DNA of 64,000 nt from a virus (IMGVR_UViG_3300025470_000019:1-64000), one strand, 5' to 3'. Shown: positions 24,472 through 33,075, counted from the stretch's first letter. Notes: generated from the letters alone by a model not told the origin. Made by a program: numbers and translations.

Positions 24472-24672
24472 ATGAAGTATGTCTTGATTATCGGTGGTAT
24501 CCTTCTTATGGCTGGCGCTGCTGGGTCTTCGGACTTCTATGACCAGTGCAAGGCTGCGGCTGACTGTGTTGCGGGCGATCCCCCGAGCACTCTCCGAATC
24601 ATTCTCCAGAGCCTCGCTGGTCTGGCGATGCTGTTTATCGGTGTCGCTAAGTCTCTTCAAGATGACGCTTGA
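24472..24672 (+). CDS. Small membrane/secreted protein
   Basis: Two hydrophobic segments, CxxxxxC. Confidence 0.6.
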   Translation: MKYVLIIGGILLMAGAAGSSDFYDQCKAAADCVAGDPPSTLRIILQSLAGLAMLFIGVAKSLQDDA

Positions 24673-24985
24673 TTCATTCTTTGAACCAGAAATGGTGAAC
24701 GAAGTCCAGACGCTGGATGAGAAGATCAAACAGCGTAGGACGCAAATGCTGATACATTCCTATCGGTATTATGTCCTAGACGACCCTGTGATCACTGACG
24801 AAAAGTGGCAACAGTGGGCTGATGAGTTGGTCGAGCTTCAAAAGCGAAAGCTGAAGATTGGCTTCTACGATAAAGAATTCTCTGACTGGACTGGTGCTAC
24901 TGGAATGCATCTTCCATTCGATAAGTGGATTAGAGACAAGGTAAAATACCTAAATAAAATATCAGTTGTTGACAATCAACAATAA
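24662..24985 (+). CDS. Stand-alone NAD-dependent DNA ligase domain Ia-like protein
   Basis: HSYRYYVLDDPVITDEKWQQWADELVEL. Confidence 0.7.
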   Translation: MTLDSFFEPEMVNEVQTLDEKIKQRRTQMLIHSYRYYVLDDPVITDEKWQQWADELVELQKRKLKIGFYDKEFSDWTGATGMHLPFDKWIRDKVKYLNKISVVDNQQ

Positions 24986-25318
24986 AGGCGGAAAGACTGG
25001 GGTTCGACTCCCCACACCTCCACCATCATTCATTACCTTTGTGGTGCCTGCTGGGCAGCAATGGCTTTCTCGGTTACTCGTAAGTGATCATAACGGTAAC
25101 TGTGGATAGTGAAAAGGTCTCCTAGCGCAAGGAGATACCCAACGTGATGGATGATGATGGGGGTGAACTGGGATCGATTTTCGTGTAATAGGGCGATCGA
25201 GACTGATTCGGTGGTCGAGCGACCAAAAACAATAAATGCTAACGATAACGAAAGCATTGCTCTAGCTGCATAAGCTAGACTAGGGTTCGGTGGGTACCTC
25301 GTAACAGAAACCCACCAC
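24960..25318 (+). ncRNA. ssrA: tmRNA, circularly permuted two-piece (alphaproteobacterial type); tag ANDNESIALAA at 25238-25273
   Basis: T-arm plus CACCTCC-A-CCA (ends 25025) precedes the 5' acceptor GGGGGTG (25159), with G3:U70; tag ORF; terminal GGTGGGT...ACCCACC hairpin. Confidence 0.9.
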
Positions 25319-25322
25319 TTAT

Positions 25323-25349
25323 TCCCCTGTCGTCTAACGGTAGGACATC
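25323..25349 (+). pseudogene. Orphan tRNA-Gln-like 5' half
   Basis: TCCCCTG-TC-GTCT-AACGGTA-GGAC-A then AT-rich endonuclease leader. Confidence 0.75.
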
Positions 25350-25384
25350 TAAATATTTTGATAAATAAAACATAAGGATAAGAT

Positions 25385-26020
25385 ATGTTTTATACAATAT
25401 ATTCGATAACAAATTTATCAGATGGCAAAATATATATCGGAAAGCATAAAACCAATAATTTAGATGATGGTTATATGGGTTCTGGTACACTGATTCGTAG
25501 AGCCATTTCTAAACATGGTATCGAAAACTTTAAAAAAGAAATTTTATTCGTTTTCGATAACAAAAACGAAATGGACTTAAAAGAAAAAGAATTAGTCAAT
25601 GAAAATTTTGTTTTGTCTACGTTAACCTACAACTTATCTTTAGGTGGAAAAGGTGGGTGGAATCCTAGTAAATCTAAAGTCGCATTTCTTGGAAAAAAGC
25701 ATTCCGAAGAAAGTAGAAAACGAATAGGTGAAGCTAGTAGGAATAGAATTCATTCACCAGAATCCAAAAAGAAAATGAGTGATTCTCGTAGGGGTGTCTC
25801 AAAACCCAATACATCTATTTCTCTTAAAGGAAAAATGAAAACAGATGAACATAAAAAGAAAATAAGTGAATCGCTGAAAAATAGAGATCCTAAAAAAGTT
25901 CCTAAGGGTTATAAAAGAAAATCTAAACAGATATGGATCAATAACGGAGAATATTCTACCAGAATTAACTCAGAGTTGTTGATTCCAAACGGATTCATCA
26001 AAGGAAGATTAAAGAAATAG
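25385..26020 (+). CDS. GIY-YIG (Seg-like) homing endonuclease with NUMOD3
   Basis: YTIYSITNLSDGKIYIGKH...GYMGSG; KKHSEESRK. Confidence 0.9.
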   Translation: MFYTIYSITNLSDGKIYIGKHKTNNLDDGYMGSGTLIRRAISKHGIENFKKEILFVFDNKNEMDLKEKELVNENFVLSTLTYNLSLGGKGGWNPSKSKVAFLGKKHSEESRKRIGEASRNRIHSPESKKKMSDSRRGVSKPNTSISLKGKMKTDEHKKKISESLKNRDPKKVPKGYKRKSKQIWINNGEYSTRINSELLIPNGFIKGRLKK

Positions 26021-26021
26021 T

Positions 26022-26097
26022 TGCTCTCTGGTGCAATTGGCAGCACGTCTGACTCTGACTCAGAAGGTTCCAGGTTCGACCCCTGGGAGAGCATCCA
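26022..26097 (+). tRNA. tRNA-Gln(CUG)
   Basis: TGCTCTC/GAGAGCA, TCTGA-CTCTGAC-TCAGA, CCA. Confidence 0.9.
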
Positions 26098-26106
26098 ATT
26101 TTTTAG

Positions 26107-26135
26107 TTGACATCACAGTCAACACCGTGTATAAT
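26107..26135 (+). promoter_or_regulatory. Perfect sigma70 promoter TTGACA-17-TATAAT
   Basis: TTGACA tcacagtcaacaccgtg TATAAT. Confidence 0.8.
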
Positions 26136-26152
26136 ACGAAAACAATTTACAT

Positions 26153-26226
26153 TGCCCCTTCCTCTAATGGTAAGAGAGCGGACTTTGAATCCGTCAATCT
26201 TGGTTCGAATCCAGTCGGGGGATCCA
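26153..26226 (+). tRNA. tRNA-Gln(UUG), chimeric acceptor and T stems
   Basis: GCGGA-CTTTGAA-TCCGT; 5' TGCCCCT mispairs with 3' CGGGGGA at two positions. Confidence 0.7.
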
Positions 26227-26550
26227 CGTTTAACCGTTCTCAAAGCACGGTAGACCGTTTTCCATAACCCCTCTAGATGACCTAAATACTATTGTTAATA
26301 CTGGAGGAAACTGCCTCCATTGACTCTTACACCAGCTTCAAGTCCTTATGTGGCTAAGAAAGCGATAAAGATTTCGGTCTTTATCACCGACGAAAACACT
26401 AATGATTTTGCATTCTCAGTAAGAGGAGAATGGATGTAGAAGATACCTCTATAATTAATCTCGTTTCTGTATCTTCTCATAGCGTTATTGCCCCTGAATT
26501 GTTTTATACAGGCAATAATTAGCCAAGTCATTAAATTGATGAGGATACAA

Positions 26551-27123
26551 ATGAGACTCTTCGAACATAGAAAAGATTTTCCTTTTATAAGATGGGCTGA
26601 GGGATTCTTGCTCGGCGCTATCGCGATAATTGTAATTATAAGTCTGATTCCACACAATCAGCCAAAACCAGTAATCATTGAGAAACCTATCATTAAGGTT
26701 ATTGAGAAACCAACTATCGTCAAAGTCCCAGTCCGATTGACTGCCCATGACCAGCAACAAATCCAGTGCCTCGCCGAAAACACATATTTCGAGGCTGGTA
26801 ACCAATCAACAAAAGGCAAAATTGCCGTCAACAATGTTGTTATGAATAGAGTAAAGGATCCTTCCCACCGATTCGGTAAGACTGCTTGCGCCGTGGTTGC
26901 TCAAAAGACCAAAGGCACCTGCCAGTTCTCGTGGAAGTGTATGAGATTGAAAATTCATAGCCATGAACAATTCGCTGAAAGCAAGCGAGTTGCTGAACAA
27001 GTTTATCTTGGTAACGTCGGAGACGTTACAGGAGGCGCAAAATTTTATCACGCTAACTACGTAAATCCACACTGGAATTTGCATAGATTAATCCAGATCG
27101 GTGCACATATTTTTTACGCTTGA
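26551..27123 (+). CDS. Cell-wall hydrolase (SleB/Hydrolase_2) with N-terminal TM
   Basis: CLAENTYFEAG, AVNNVVMNRV, CQFSW, GAKFYHA, IGAHIFY. Confidence 0.9.
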   Translation: MRLFEHRKDFPFIRWAEGFLLGAIAIIVIISLIPHNQPKPVIIEKPIIKVIEKPTIVKVPVRLTAHDQQQIQCLAENTYFEAGNQSTKGKIAVNNVVMNRVKDPSHRFGKTACAVVAQKTKGTCQFSWKCMRLKIHSHEQFAESKRVAEQVYLGNVGDVTGGAKFYHANYVNPHWNLHRLIQIGAHIFYA

Positions 27124-27368
27124 TGAAGGAACACTATATAATGAGTATGACTAAGATTAAAGAGTTGTGCGAAGTGATTGAAGAACTGGTTTGGAAGCAC
27201 GATATTCCTTACATGGACGCGATCGTTTTATATTGCGAAACGAATAACATCGAAATTGAAACGATCGCCAAGTTTGTTAAGAATAATGATATGCTGAAAG
27301 CAAGGGTTCAGATTGAAGCTGAAGGTCTCAATTATCTTCCGAAGTCGTCTACCCTTCCTATTGATTGA
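27120..27368 (+). CDS. gp33: Late transcription co-activator gp33
   Basis: IEELV...YMDAIVLYCE.N.IE.E...K.....KARVQIEAE.LNYL. Confidence 0.85.
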   Translation: MMKEHYIMSMTKIKELCEVIEELVWKHDIPYMDAIVLYCETNNIEIETIAKFVKNNDMLKARVQIEAEGLNYLPKSSTLPID

Positions 27369-27381
27369 ATAAGGAATCATA

Positions 27382-27960
27382 ATGTCTACAAAGTTGAATT
27401 TTAATATTGGTGGTCTCCCTATCCATCTTGGTGGTCACGAAAACGAGACCCACCTAGATGAAGGTGCTCTTGATTATATCATCAATACCTTTGGAGTTAA
27501 GTCGATGGTAGACATCGGCTGTGGTCCGGCTGGTATGGTCGAGCTGGCTCGCTCCAAGGGTATTGAAGTTCTGGGCGTTGATGGCGACTTTATTGTCGAT
27601 CGCGCTGTTACTGATATTGTCATTCATGATTATCAGGTTGCTCCCTATGTCCCCGAAAAGAACTATGACCTTGCTTGGACTGTCGAATTCGTCGAGCATA
27701 TCGAGGAAGGTTATATGCGCAATTTCATCTCAACGATGGATAAGTGCAAGTATGTGCTGATGACTCATGCGCTTCCTGGTCAGCCAGGACACCACCATGT
27801 TAATTGTCAGACTGTCGAATACTGGATTCACATGATGAATGCATTCGGCTTTACTACTGATGTGGAACACACGAATGCTATTCGTGCTGCTTCTACTATG
27901 AAGGAACGCTATATCCGCGAACAGTCTCTGTTCCTCGTGAATAGAAATTATACCGGATAA
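27382..27960 (+). CDS. Class I SAM-dependent methyltransferase
   Basis: MVDIGCGPAG, GVDG, EFVEHI, HHHVNCQ. Confidence 0.8.
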   Translation: MSTKLNFNIGGLPIHLGGHENETHLDEGALDYIINTFGVKSMVDIGCGPAGMVELARSKGIEVLGVDGDFIVDRAVTDIVIHDYQVAPYVPEKNYDLAWTVEFVEHIEEGYMRNFISTMDKCKYVLMTHALPGQPGHHHVNCQTVEYWIHMMNAFGFTTDVEHTNAIRAASTMKERYIREQSLFLVNRNYTG

Positions 27961-28068
27961 GCAAATAGTGCTTTACTTTAAAAGAAAAGTAGAGTATAAA
28001 TATAACTGTGATTATGAATAACGTGAAACAAAACTGTCTATACACTGTAACACAAGGAAATAATACGT

Positions 28069-29019
28069 ATGTCAAACTTTGCATCTCTTAAGAATTCGAG
28101 CCAAGATTCTCTCCGTAAGCTGACCGAACAGGTTAGCAAGATGACCTCCCCATCGGGCGGTAAGGAAGAAGAAGCCAACAAGTTCTGGAAGGCTACCGTC
28201 GATAAGACTGGTAACGGCTCGGCAATCCTTCGCTTTCTCCCTGCACCTGACGGTGAAGATGTTCCTTTCGTTCGTTTCTGGGACCATGGTTTCCAGGGAC
28301 CAACCGGAAAGTGGTATATCGAGAAGTCGCGCACTTCGCTCGGCGAGAAGGATCCTGTAGCTGAATACAACTCGAAGCTGTGGCGCGAATCTGATAATGA
28401 TGATTCTCCGCAGCGCAAGCAGGCTCGCAAGCAGAAGCGTCGCGAGCATTTCGTTGCCAATATTCTCGTTGTCAAGGATCCTGCTAATCCTGAAAACAAC
28501 GGCAAGGTCTTCCTCTACGATTTCGGTAAGAAGATTTTCAATAAGCTCAACGAACTGATGCATCCGATCGATGACGGTATCGAAGAAGTTAAGGCGATCG
28601 ATCCATTTAATATGTGGTCGGGTGCTGACTTCTACCTTCGCATTCGTAACGTCGATGGCTACCGTAACTACGACAAGTCGAGCTTCGGTGATCAGAAGGC
28701 AATCAGTGATGACGATGACGCTCTTGAAGCTATCTGGAAGTCTGAGCATTCGCTGAAGGATTTCGTTGACCCTAAGAACTACAAGTCGTTCGAGGATCTC
28801 GAAAAGCGTCTGAACGAAGTTCTTGACCTCAATACTCATATCCGTCGCACTGATGAGCCTATGGCTCGTGCTGAGGCTCCTGTCCAAAAGACAGCCCAGC
28901 CAGCTGCTTCTACCTTTGACGTTGAAGAAGATGATGTTCCTTGGAGCAACTCTAGTGCAGCTACGACCGAAGAAGACGATGACATGTCGTTTTTTCGCCG
29001 ACTAGCCGAGGAAGATTGA
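28069..29019 (+). CDS. gp32: Single-stranded DNA-binding protein gp32
   Basis: DKTGNGSAILRFLP, HGFQGPTGKWYIE, GADF.L.IR...NYDKS, acidic tail. Confidence 0.95.
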   Translation: MSNFASLKNSSQDSLRKLTEQVSKMTSPSGGKEEEANKFWKATVDKTGNGSAILRFLPAPDGEDVPFVRFWDHGFQGPTGKWYIEKSRTSLGEKDPVAEYNSKLWRESDNDDSPQRKQARKQKRREHFVANILVVKDPANPENNGKVFLYDFGKKIFNKLNELMHPIDDGIEEVKAIDPFNMWSGADFYLRIRNVDGYRNYDKSSFGDQKAISDDDDALEAIWKSEHSLKDFVDPKNYKSFEDLEKRLNEVLDLNTHIRRTDEPMARAEAPVQKTAQPAASTFDVEEDDVPWSNSSAATTEEDDDMSFFRRLAEED

Positions 29020-29020
29020 T

Positions 29021-29617
29021 TTAGTCTAACTGGGATAGATGTTTATTTGATTTTAGATGTCTATCCCAGTTCATACTACCTTTAATAGACCTTGCACAAA
29101 CTTTACAATGATTAACAACCCTATTTTTTGCGGACTCTGATAATTTTTTCTTTGTTGCTTCTGAATGTTTAATTCCAACCGTTCTTTTTAGGTTCTCATG
29201 AACAGGCTTGCCTTTCAATCTATTTGATCTTTCTTTCTTGGCCTGTTCTGAGTGTTTACATCCTTTTGGTTTTCCTTTTATCATTGGCAAACCAAGGACG
29301 AGTCTCACTTCGTTTGTCATGCCCTTTGTGTGGCTCCAAGAACCGTGGCCTCCAACTGTCATGTTATACGTGTCATCTCTGCGTATAAAGGCATCATTGA
29401 CAATCTGAGATTCTTTCAGATACATATCTTCTTCGGAATCCAAATAAAATAGTATTGTTTTTGTGAAAGATTCTACACCATATTTTTTTATAGCGGACTT
29501 TATTGCGGTTCCTGAACCCATATATCTATCTTGTGGATTATGCGTTTTATGTGAACCTACATATATTTTATCATTGACTTTATTTTTGACTTCATATACA
29601 GTATAATAAATAGGCAT
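29021..29617 (-). CDS. GIY-YIG homing endonuclease, antisense
   Basis: YTVYEVKNKVNDKIYVGSH...YMGSG; KHSE repeats. Confidence 0.9.
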   Translation of the reverse strand: MPIYYTVYEVKNKVNDKIYVGSHKTHNPQDRYMGSGTAIKSAIKKYGVESFTKTILFYLDSEEDMYLKESQIVNDAFIRRDDTYNMTVGGHGSWSHTKGMTNEVRLVLGLPMIKGKPKGCKHSEQAKKERSNRLKGKPVHENLKRTVGIKHSEATKKKLSESAKNRVVNHCKVCARSIKGSMNWDRHLKSNKHLSQLD

Positions 29618-29687
29618 GCTGATTCTCCTACCATAGAGTTAGAGTGACTGGATACAGGAATATCGCGAGTCACATAAAATTATTTAG
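29618..29687 (-). promoter_or_regulatory. Late promoter plus conserved two-hairpin leader (copy 2)
   Basis: CTAAATA..GTGAC-TCGCG-ATA-loop-TAT-CCA-GTCAC-TCTAA-CTCT..GGAGAA-TCAGC-ATG. Confidence 0.75.
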
Positions 29688-29714
29688 TAAAACAAGACTA
29701 AATAACGAGCTAGT

Positions 29715-29755
29715 CGGGGAGGAAACCTTTCTTCCTTTCAAATCCTCCCCGACGA
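29715..29755. other. Strong GC hairpin upstream of tRNA-Ser
   Basis: GTCGGGGAGGA/TCCTCCCCGAC 11-bp stem. Confidence 0.55.
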
Positions 29756-29764
29756 ACAACTAAC

Positions 29765-29854
29765 GGAGGTGTGGCAGAGCTTGGTTTATTGCACCTGACT
29801 TGAAATCAGACGTACTGAAAGGTACCGTGGGTTCGAATCCTACCACCTCCGCCA
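29765..29854 (+). tRNA. tRNA-Ser(UGA)
   Basis: GGAGGTG/CACCTCC, CTTGAAA loop, long variable arm, CCA. Confidence 0.92.
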
Positions 29855-29882
29855 TCTATTTTAATAATATTAATAATTTTAT

Positions 29883-29956
29883 TGCCCTTTCGTCTAGCGG
29901 TAGGACCTCGCACTTTGACTGCGAAGACCGAGGTTCGAATCCTCGCGGGGCATCCA
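29883..29956 (+). tRNA. tRNA-Gln(UUG)
   Basis: TCGCA-CTTTGAC-TGCGA, canonical T-arm, CCA. Confidence 0.88.
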
Positions 29957-29971
29957 TTTTAGGAGTTTATC

Positions 29972-30391
29972 ATGGCAAAAGCAATTCTTGAAGAAATTGA
30001 ATTCAAAAACGATCTTGGTCAGACCATCAAGCCTGGAGACGAAGTCGTAATTGTTACCACTGGCTATAGCCATAGCGTTTCGACCAACAAGGGAACATAT
30101 GTTGGCATGGTCAATGGTGGCGCATCTATTGTAAAGCAGGTCAAGACTTCTTACTATGCATTTAAGAGTAATGGCGAGAGGGTTCCACGCTCTTGGTGGA
30201 ATGAAATGTATGCTGAACAGCGTGCCTTGGTATCAGATGGACGCAATGCTGATAAAAACTATCGCTACTGGGCTGATCCTCAATATAAGGAAATTCAAGA
30301 GAAGCGTTATGCTCTTATCGAAAAGAAGTATGAAATCTTCCCACGGAAGACGACTCTGAAACTGAACCGAGCATATAAGCTCGCAGCCTAA
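29972..30391 (+). CDS. Hypothetical protein
   Basis: SD AGGAG; FKNDLGQTIKPGDEVV. Confidence 0.65.
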   Translation: MAKAILEEIEFKNDLGQTIKPGDEVVIVTTGYSHSVSTNKGTYVGMVNGGASIVKQVKTSYYAFKSNGERVPRSWWNEMYAEQRALVSDGRNADKNYRYWADPQYKEIQEKRYALIEKKYEIFPRKTTLKLNRAYKLAA

Positions 30392-30404
30392 AGGAAATTA
30401 TATT

Positions 30405-30647
30405 ATGACTGATGCAACTGCAACTGATGACCGCCTCCGCCTTCTGATCGAACGCATTGAGCGACTCAATGAAGAGAAGAAGGGTATTTCTGACGATATC
30501 CGTGATGTCTATAACGAAGGTGCTGCTACTGGATACGACAAGAAGATTATGCGAAAGATGATTAGAATCCGCAAGCAGAATCGTGATGATCGTTTGAACG
30601 AAGAAGCTATGACCGAAACATATAAGGCAGCACTGGGGATTGAATAA
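30405..30647 (+). CDS. gapR: GapR/DUF2312 nucleoid-associated DNA-binding protein
   Basis: LRLLIERIERLNEEKKGISDDIRDVY.E...GYD.KI.RK.I..RK...Y.AALG. Confidence 0.88.
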   Translation: MTDATATDDRLRLLIERIERLNEEKKGISDDIRDVYNEGAATGYDKKIMRKMIRIRKQNRDDRLNEEAMTETYKAALGIE

Positions 30648-30853
30648 TGACAATGATTAAGGAATACTACGGGAACCAGCCTTTTGGTACTCGAACCTCG
30701 TCTGTCCATGACGACGTTAAGGGATATGTGGTTTCGTTTCTGGACAACAACCAAGTCTTGAATCGAATTATCTATCCCGAACTATCTCTGGCTGAAGATG
30801 CAGCCTCTGGTTGGTGTAATGGTCGAGGTGGACCGACGGTCTTGAATGGATAA
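30647..30853 (+). CDS. Hypothetical protein
   Basis: Coupled ORF. Confidence 0.6.
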   Translation: MTMIKEYYGNQPFGTRTSSVHDDVKGYVVSFLDNNQVLNRIIYPELSLAEDAASGWCNGRGGPTVLNG

Positions 30854-30854
30854 A

Positions 30855-30884
30855 AGAAAGGGGAGCCAAGAGCTCCCCTTTTAG
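30855..30884. terminator. Bidirectional intrinsic terminator
   Basis: Same GGGAGCCAAGAGCTCCC core as the 20972 terminator, flanked by A/T tracts. Confidence 0.8.
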
Positions 30885-30934
30885 TTTTGAGATTCACCCA
30901 TATTATGCTCGGGTTTCGATCTCAGTAATTATAT

Positions 30935-31180
30935 TTAGTTGTTGTCGTCGGTAGGTGCTTTTGGAGCAAACTTCTCCACTCCAGTAATACCCATGCCGCC
31001 AATGACGATATACATGATTGCATTAAACATAAATTCTTCAACAGTAAACTTCCAGAACAGATTAGCAATGAAAGCAGTTGCCATAAGAACTGTGCAAAGA
31101 AGAACGACCAGTCTCTTTGACGATGGCGACCCATTAGGATCTTCCATGATACCTTTGATATAGCTAACGATTCCACCCAT
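30935..31180 (-). CDS. Two-TM membrane protein (holin-like)
   Basis: SSKRLV..., two TM helices. Confidence 0.55.
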   Translation of the reverse strand: MGGIVSYIKGIMEDPNGSPSSKRLVVLLCTVLMATAFIANLFWKFTVEEFMFNAIMYIVIGGMGITGVEKFAPKAPTDDNN

Positions 31181-31191
31181 TTGTTTTCTCC

Positions 31192-33075
31192 TTAATATGC
31201 GAAATAGAATGTATCGAGCGAGTTGCGAACACCAGCAGTTGACGACGCTGGGCTAATTGACCCACCTCCGCCACCACCGCCATTGTTCACGACAGTGCTA
31301 CTCATAATATTCCCTTGTTGCTTTTGATCCTTCTCAGCTTCCTTCATTTCTTTCTTTTCGGAAGCTGCTTTGGTCTGAGCAACGAGATCGTTTGACTGTT
31401 TTGATACAGGTGGCTTTGCTTGCTGTGCAGGTTGCTTTGGCTGTTCAGTAACTTTCTTTTCAGGAGTGGCTTGCTTATCATCTCCGCCACCGAATAGCTT
31501 ATATGCTCCGTAGCCAATGCCGCCGACAACTGCCGCAGCGCCAAGACCAGCAAGGATTTCAGGAGCAGCAGCCAAGGCAGAAGCTCCCATACCTATTCCC
31601 TCTGCGGCTCCAGCTAGCCCTGCAACTCCCTCTGCAGCCCCAGCCAGACCTGCGGCACCTTCAGCTAGCCCTGCAGCTCCCTCTGCAGCCCCAGCCAGAC
31701 CTGCGGCACCTTCAGCTGCGCCAGCTGCACCCTCGGCAGCGCCAACTGCTTCACCAGCCGCACCTTCAGCTGCAGCTGGGTTTGGAGTTTCGATAGGCTT
31801 ACCCTTCTTTGAGAATTTTTCTTTCAGCTTATCGAAGAGTTTGGATTTACCCTTTGACTTGTTTTCTTCTGGCTGAGCCTCAGCATCCTCAGGAGTTTCT
31901 TCTGGCTCTTCAGCTTCTTTCTTCTTGCCGAATGGGTTTGGAAGATATTTGAGCATACGCAGCATTGGCATATCTTCAGCCATTCTACTACCAATTGCTG
32001 AACCGAGATCTTGACCGAGATCGCTTTCAGAAAATCTCTTTAGCAGACCCTTCTTCTTTGGAGCTGCTTCTTCTTGCTTTTCTTCTTCCTGTTCTCTCAG
32101 CTCTTCCTCAATTTCCTTTTTGGATAGAACCTTGCCGTCTTTGCGGTAGGAGAAATCTTTTTCTGAAGCAGGAGCGATGCCCTTCTTCTTCAGCTTCTCA
32201 ATTTCTTCAGGAGTTAGCTCGCTGAGTTTCTTATCAGCAGTGAAGCCTTGTTTTTCCTTTTCTTTTTTGGCATCTTCTTTCTTCTGCTCTTCTTCTACTT
32301 TTTCAGCATCTTTTTTCTTAGCCTCATCATCTTCAGCTTTATCTTCTTGTTTTTTCTTTTCGGTCTCGTCTTTTTCTTTCGCTGGCTTTTCTGCCTTGGT
32401 TCCCAGCAAGAAGTTTAGAATTGACTTCAGCGTTTCATCAATTGAAGTAAACAGACCCATTGAGCTTGACGATTCTTTGCCAACACCAGTCGCGTCATCT
32501 TTTTCAGTTTTTGGTTCTGACCATCTCTTAAGATAAGAAGGCGATTGTTTGTCAATTTGATTCTTGAATGCGTCAGAAAACGAAGAGAAGAAAGTTGGCT
32601 GCTCACCATTCTTCTTTTTCTTTCCGTTGGAAGTTATCTCGGAAATTGGTCTTGCTGGCTCAGGAACAGCTTGTTTTGCAGGCTTGGAAGGCTCTGGCTT
32701 TTCCTTTGCATTCTTAACTTTTTCTTCTTCAGCAGTTTCTGGAGAAGGAAGGGCAGATTCCCTTTCGTTTTCTCCTTCAGTGTTACGAATTTCTTCATCT
32801 TCTCGCTGCTCGTCTTCATCAGTGTCTCTTTGAGCTTGTGTTGGCTCTTGATTCTTTTCAGTTTGGTCTCTGCCTTCAGAGGTAGTTGTCTTAGTGCCAA
32901 CGAATGCAGTTTTTTCTGCGCCTTGATCTTGGTCGGCCATTTTCTCGAAAATACCATCGAGCATGATGGAAGTGACATTGCTGGCTTCCTTTTTGCCAGA
33001 CATCCACTTTTGTTTCTTTTCGTCGTAGGTGTATGTTTCACCACCGATATTGACTGGCTCTCTTTTGATACCCAC
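31192..33075 (-). CDS. Low-complexity baseplate-hub/tape-measure-like protein
   Basis: Follows gp26/gp51; charged helical and Ala/Gly repeats; GTG start with SD. Confidence 0.55.
   Translation of the reverse strand: MGIKREPVNIGGETYTYDEKKQKWMSGKKEASNVTSIMLDGIFEKMADQDQGAEKTAFVGTKTTTSEGRDQTEKNQEPTQAQRDTDEDEQREDEEIRNTEGENERESALPSPETAEEEKVKNAKEKPEPSKPAKQAVPEPARPISEITSNGKKKKNGEQPTFFSSFSDAFKNQIDKQSPSYLKRWSEPKTEKDDATGVGKESSSSMGLFTSIDETLKSILNFLLGTKAEKPAKEKDETEKKKQEDKAEDDEAKKKDAEKVEEEQKKEDAKKEKEKQGFTADKKLSELTPEEIEKLKKKGIAPASEKDFSYRKDGKVLSKKEIEEELREQEEEKQEEAAPKKKGLLKRFSESDLGQDLGSAIGSRMAEDMPMLRMLKYLPNPFGKKKEAEEPEETPEDAEAQPEENKSKGKSKLFDKLKEKFSKKGKPIETPNPAAAEGAAGEAVGAAEGAAGAAEGAAGLAGAAEGAAGLAEGAAGLAGAAEGVAGLAGAAEGIGMGASALAAAPEILAGLGAAAVVGGIGYGAYKLFGGGDDKQATPEKKVTEQPKQPAQQAKPPVSKQSNDLVAQTKAASEKKEMKEAEKDQKQQGNIMSSTVVNNGGGGGGGSISPASSTAGVRNSLDTFYFAY
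31612..31713. repeat. 51-bp tandem repeat x2 (17 aa, AEGAAGLAGAAEG[V/A]AGL) inside AAEGAAG tract
   Basis: Two near-identical units, 31612-31662 and 31663-31713. Confidence 0.85.

Noticed and set aside
28072-28887. 271-aa minus-strand ORF
   Set aside because: Antisense shadow of gp32.
29765-29854. tRNA with UGA anticodon as a suppressor or selenocysteine tRNA
   Set aside because: Anticodon UGA reads UCA (Ser); all three stop codons terminate genes normally, so there is no sign of recoding.
31612-31713. Possible CRISPR array
   Set aside because: Contiguous in-frame coding repeats with no unique spacers; no cas genes. No CRISPR array was seen in the window.
31503-31876. Ala/Pro- and Gln/Leu-rich plus-strand ORFs with repeats
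   Set aside because: Alternative-frame read-outs of the AAEGAAG repeat of the minus-strand gene.
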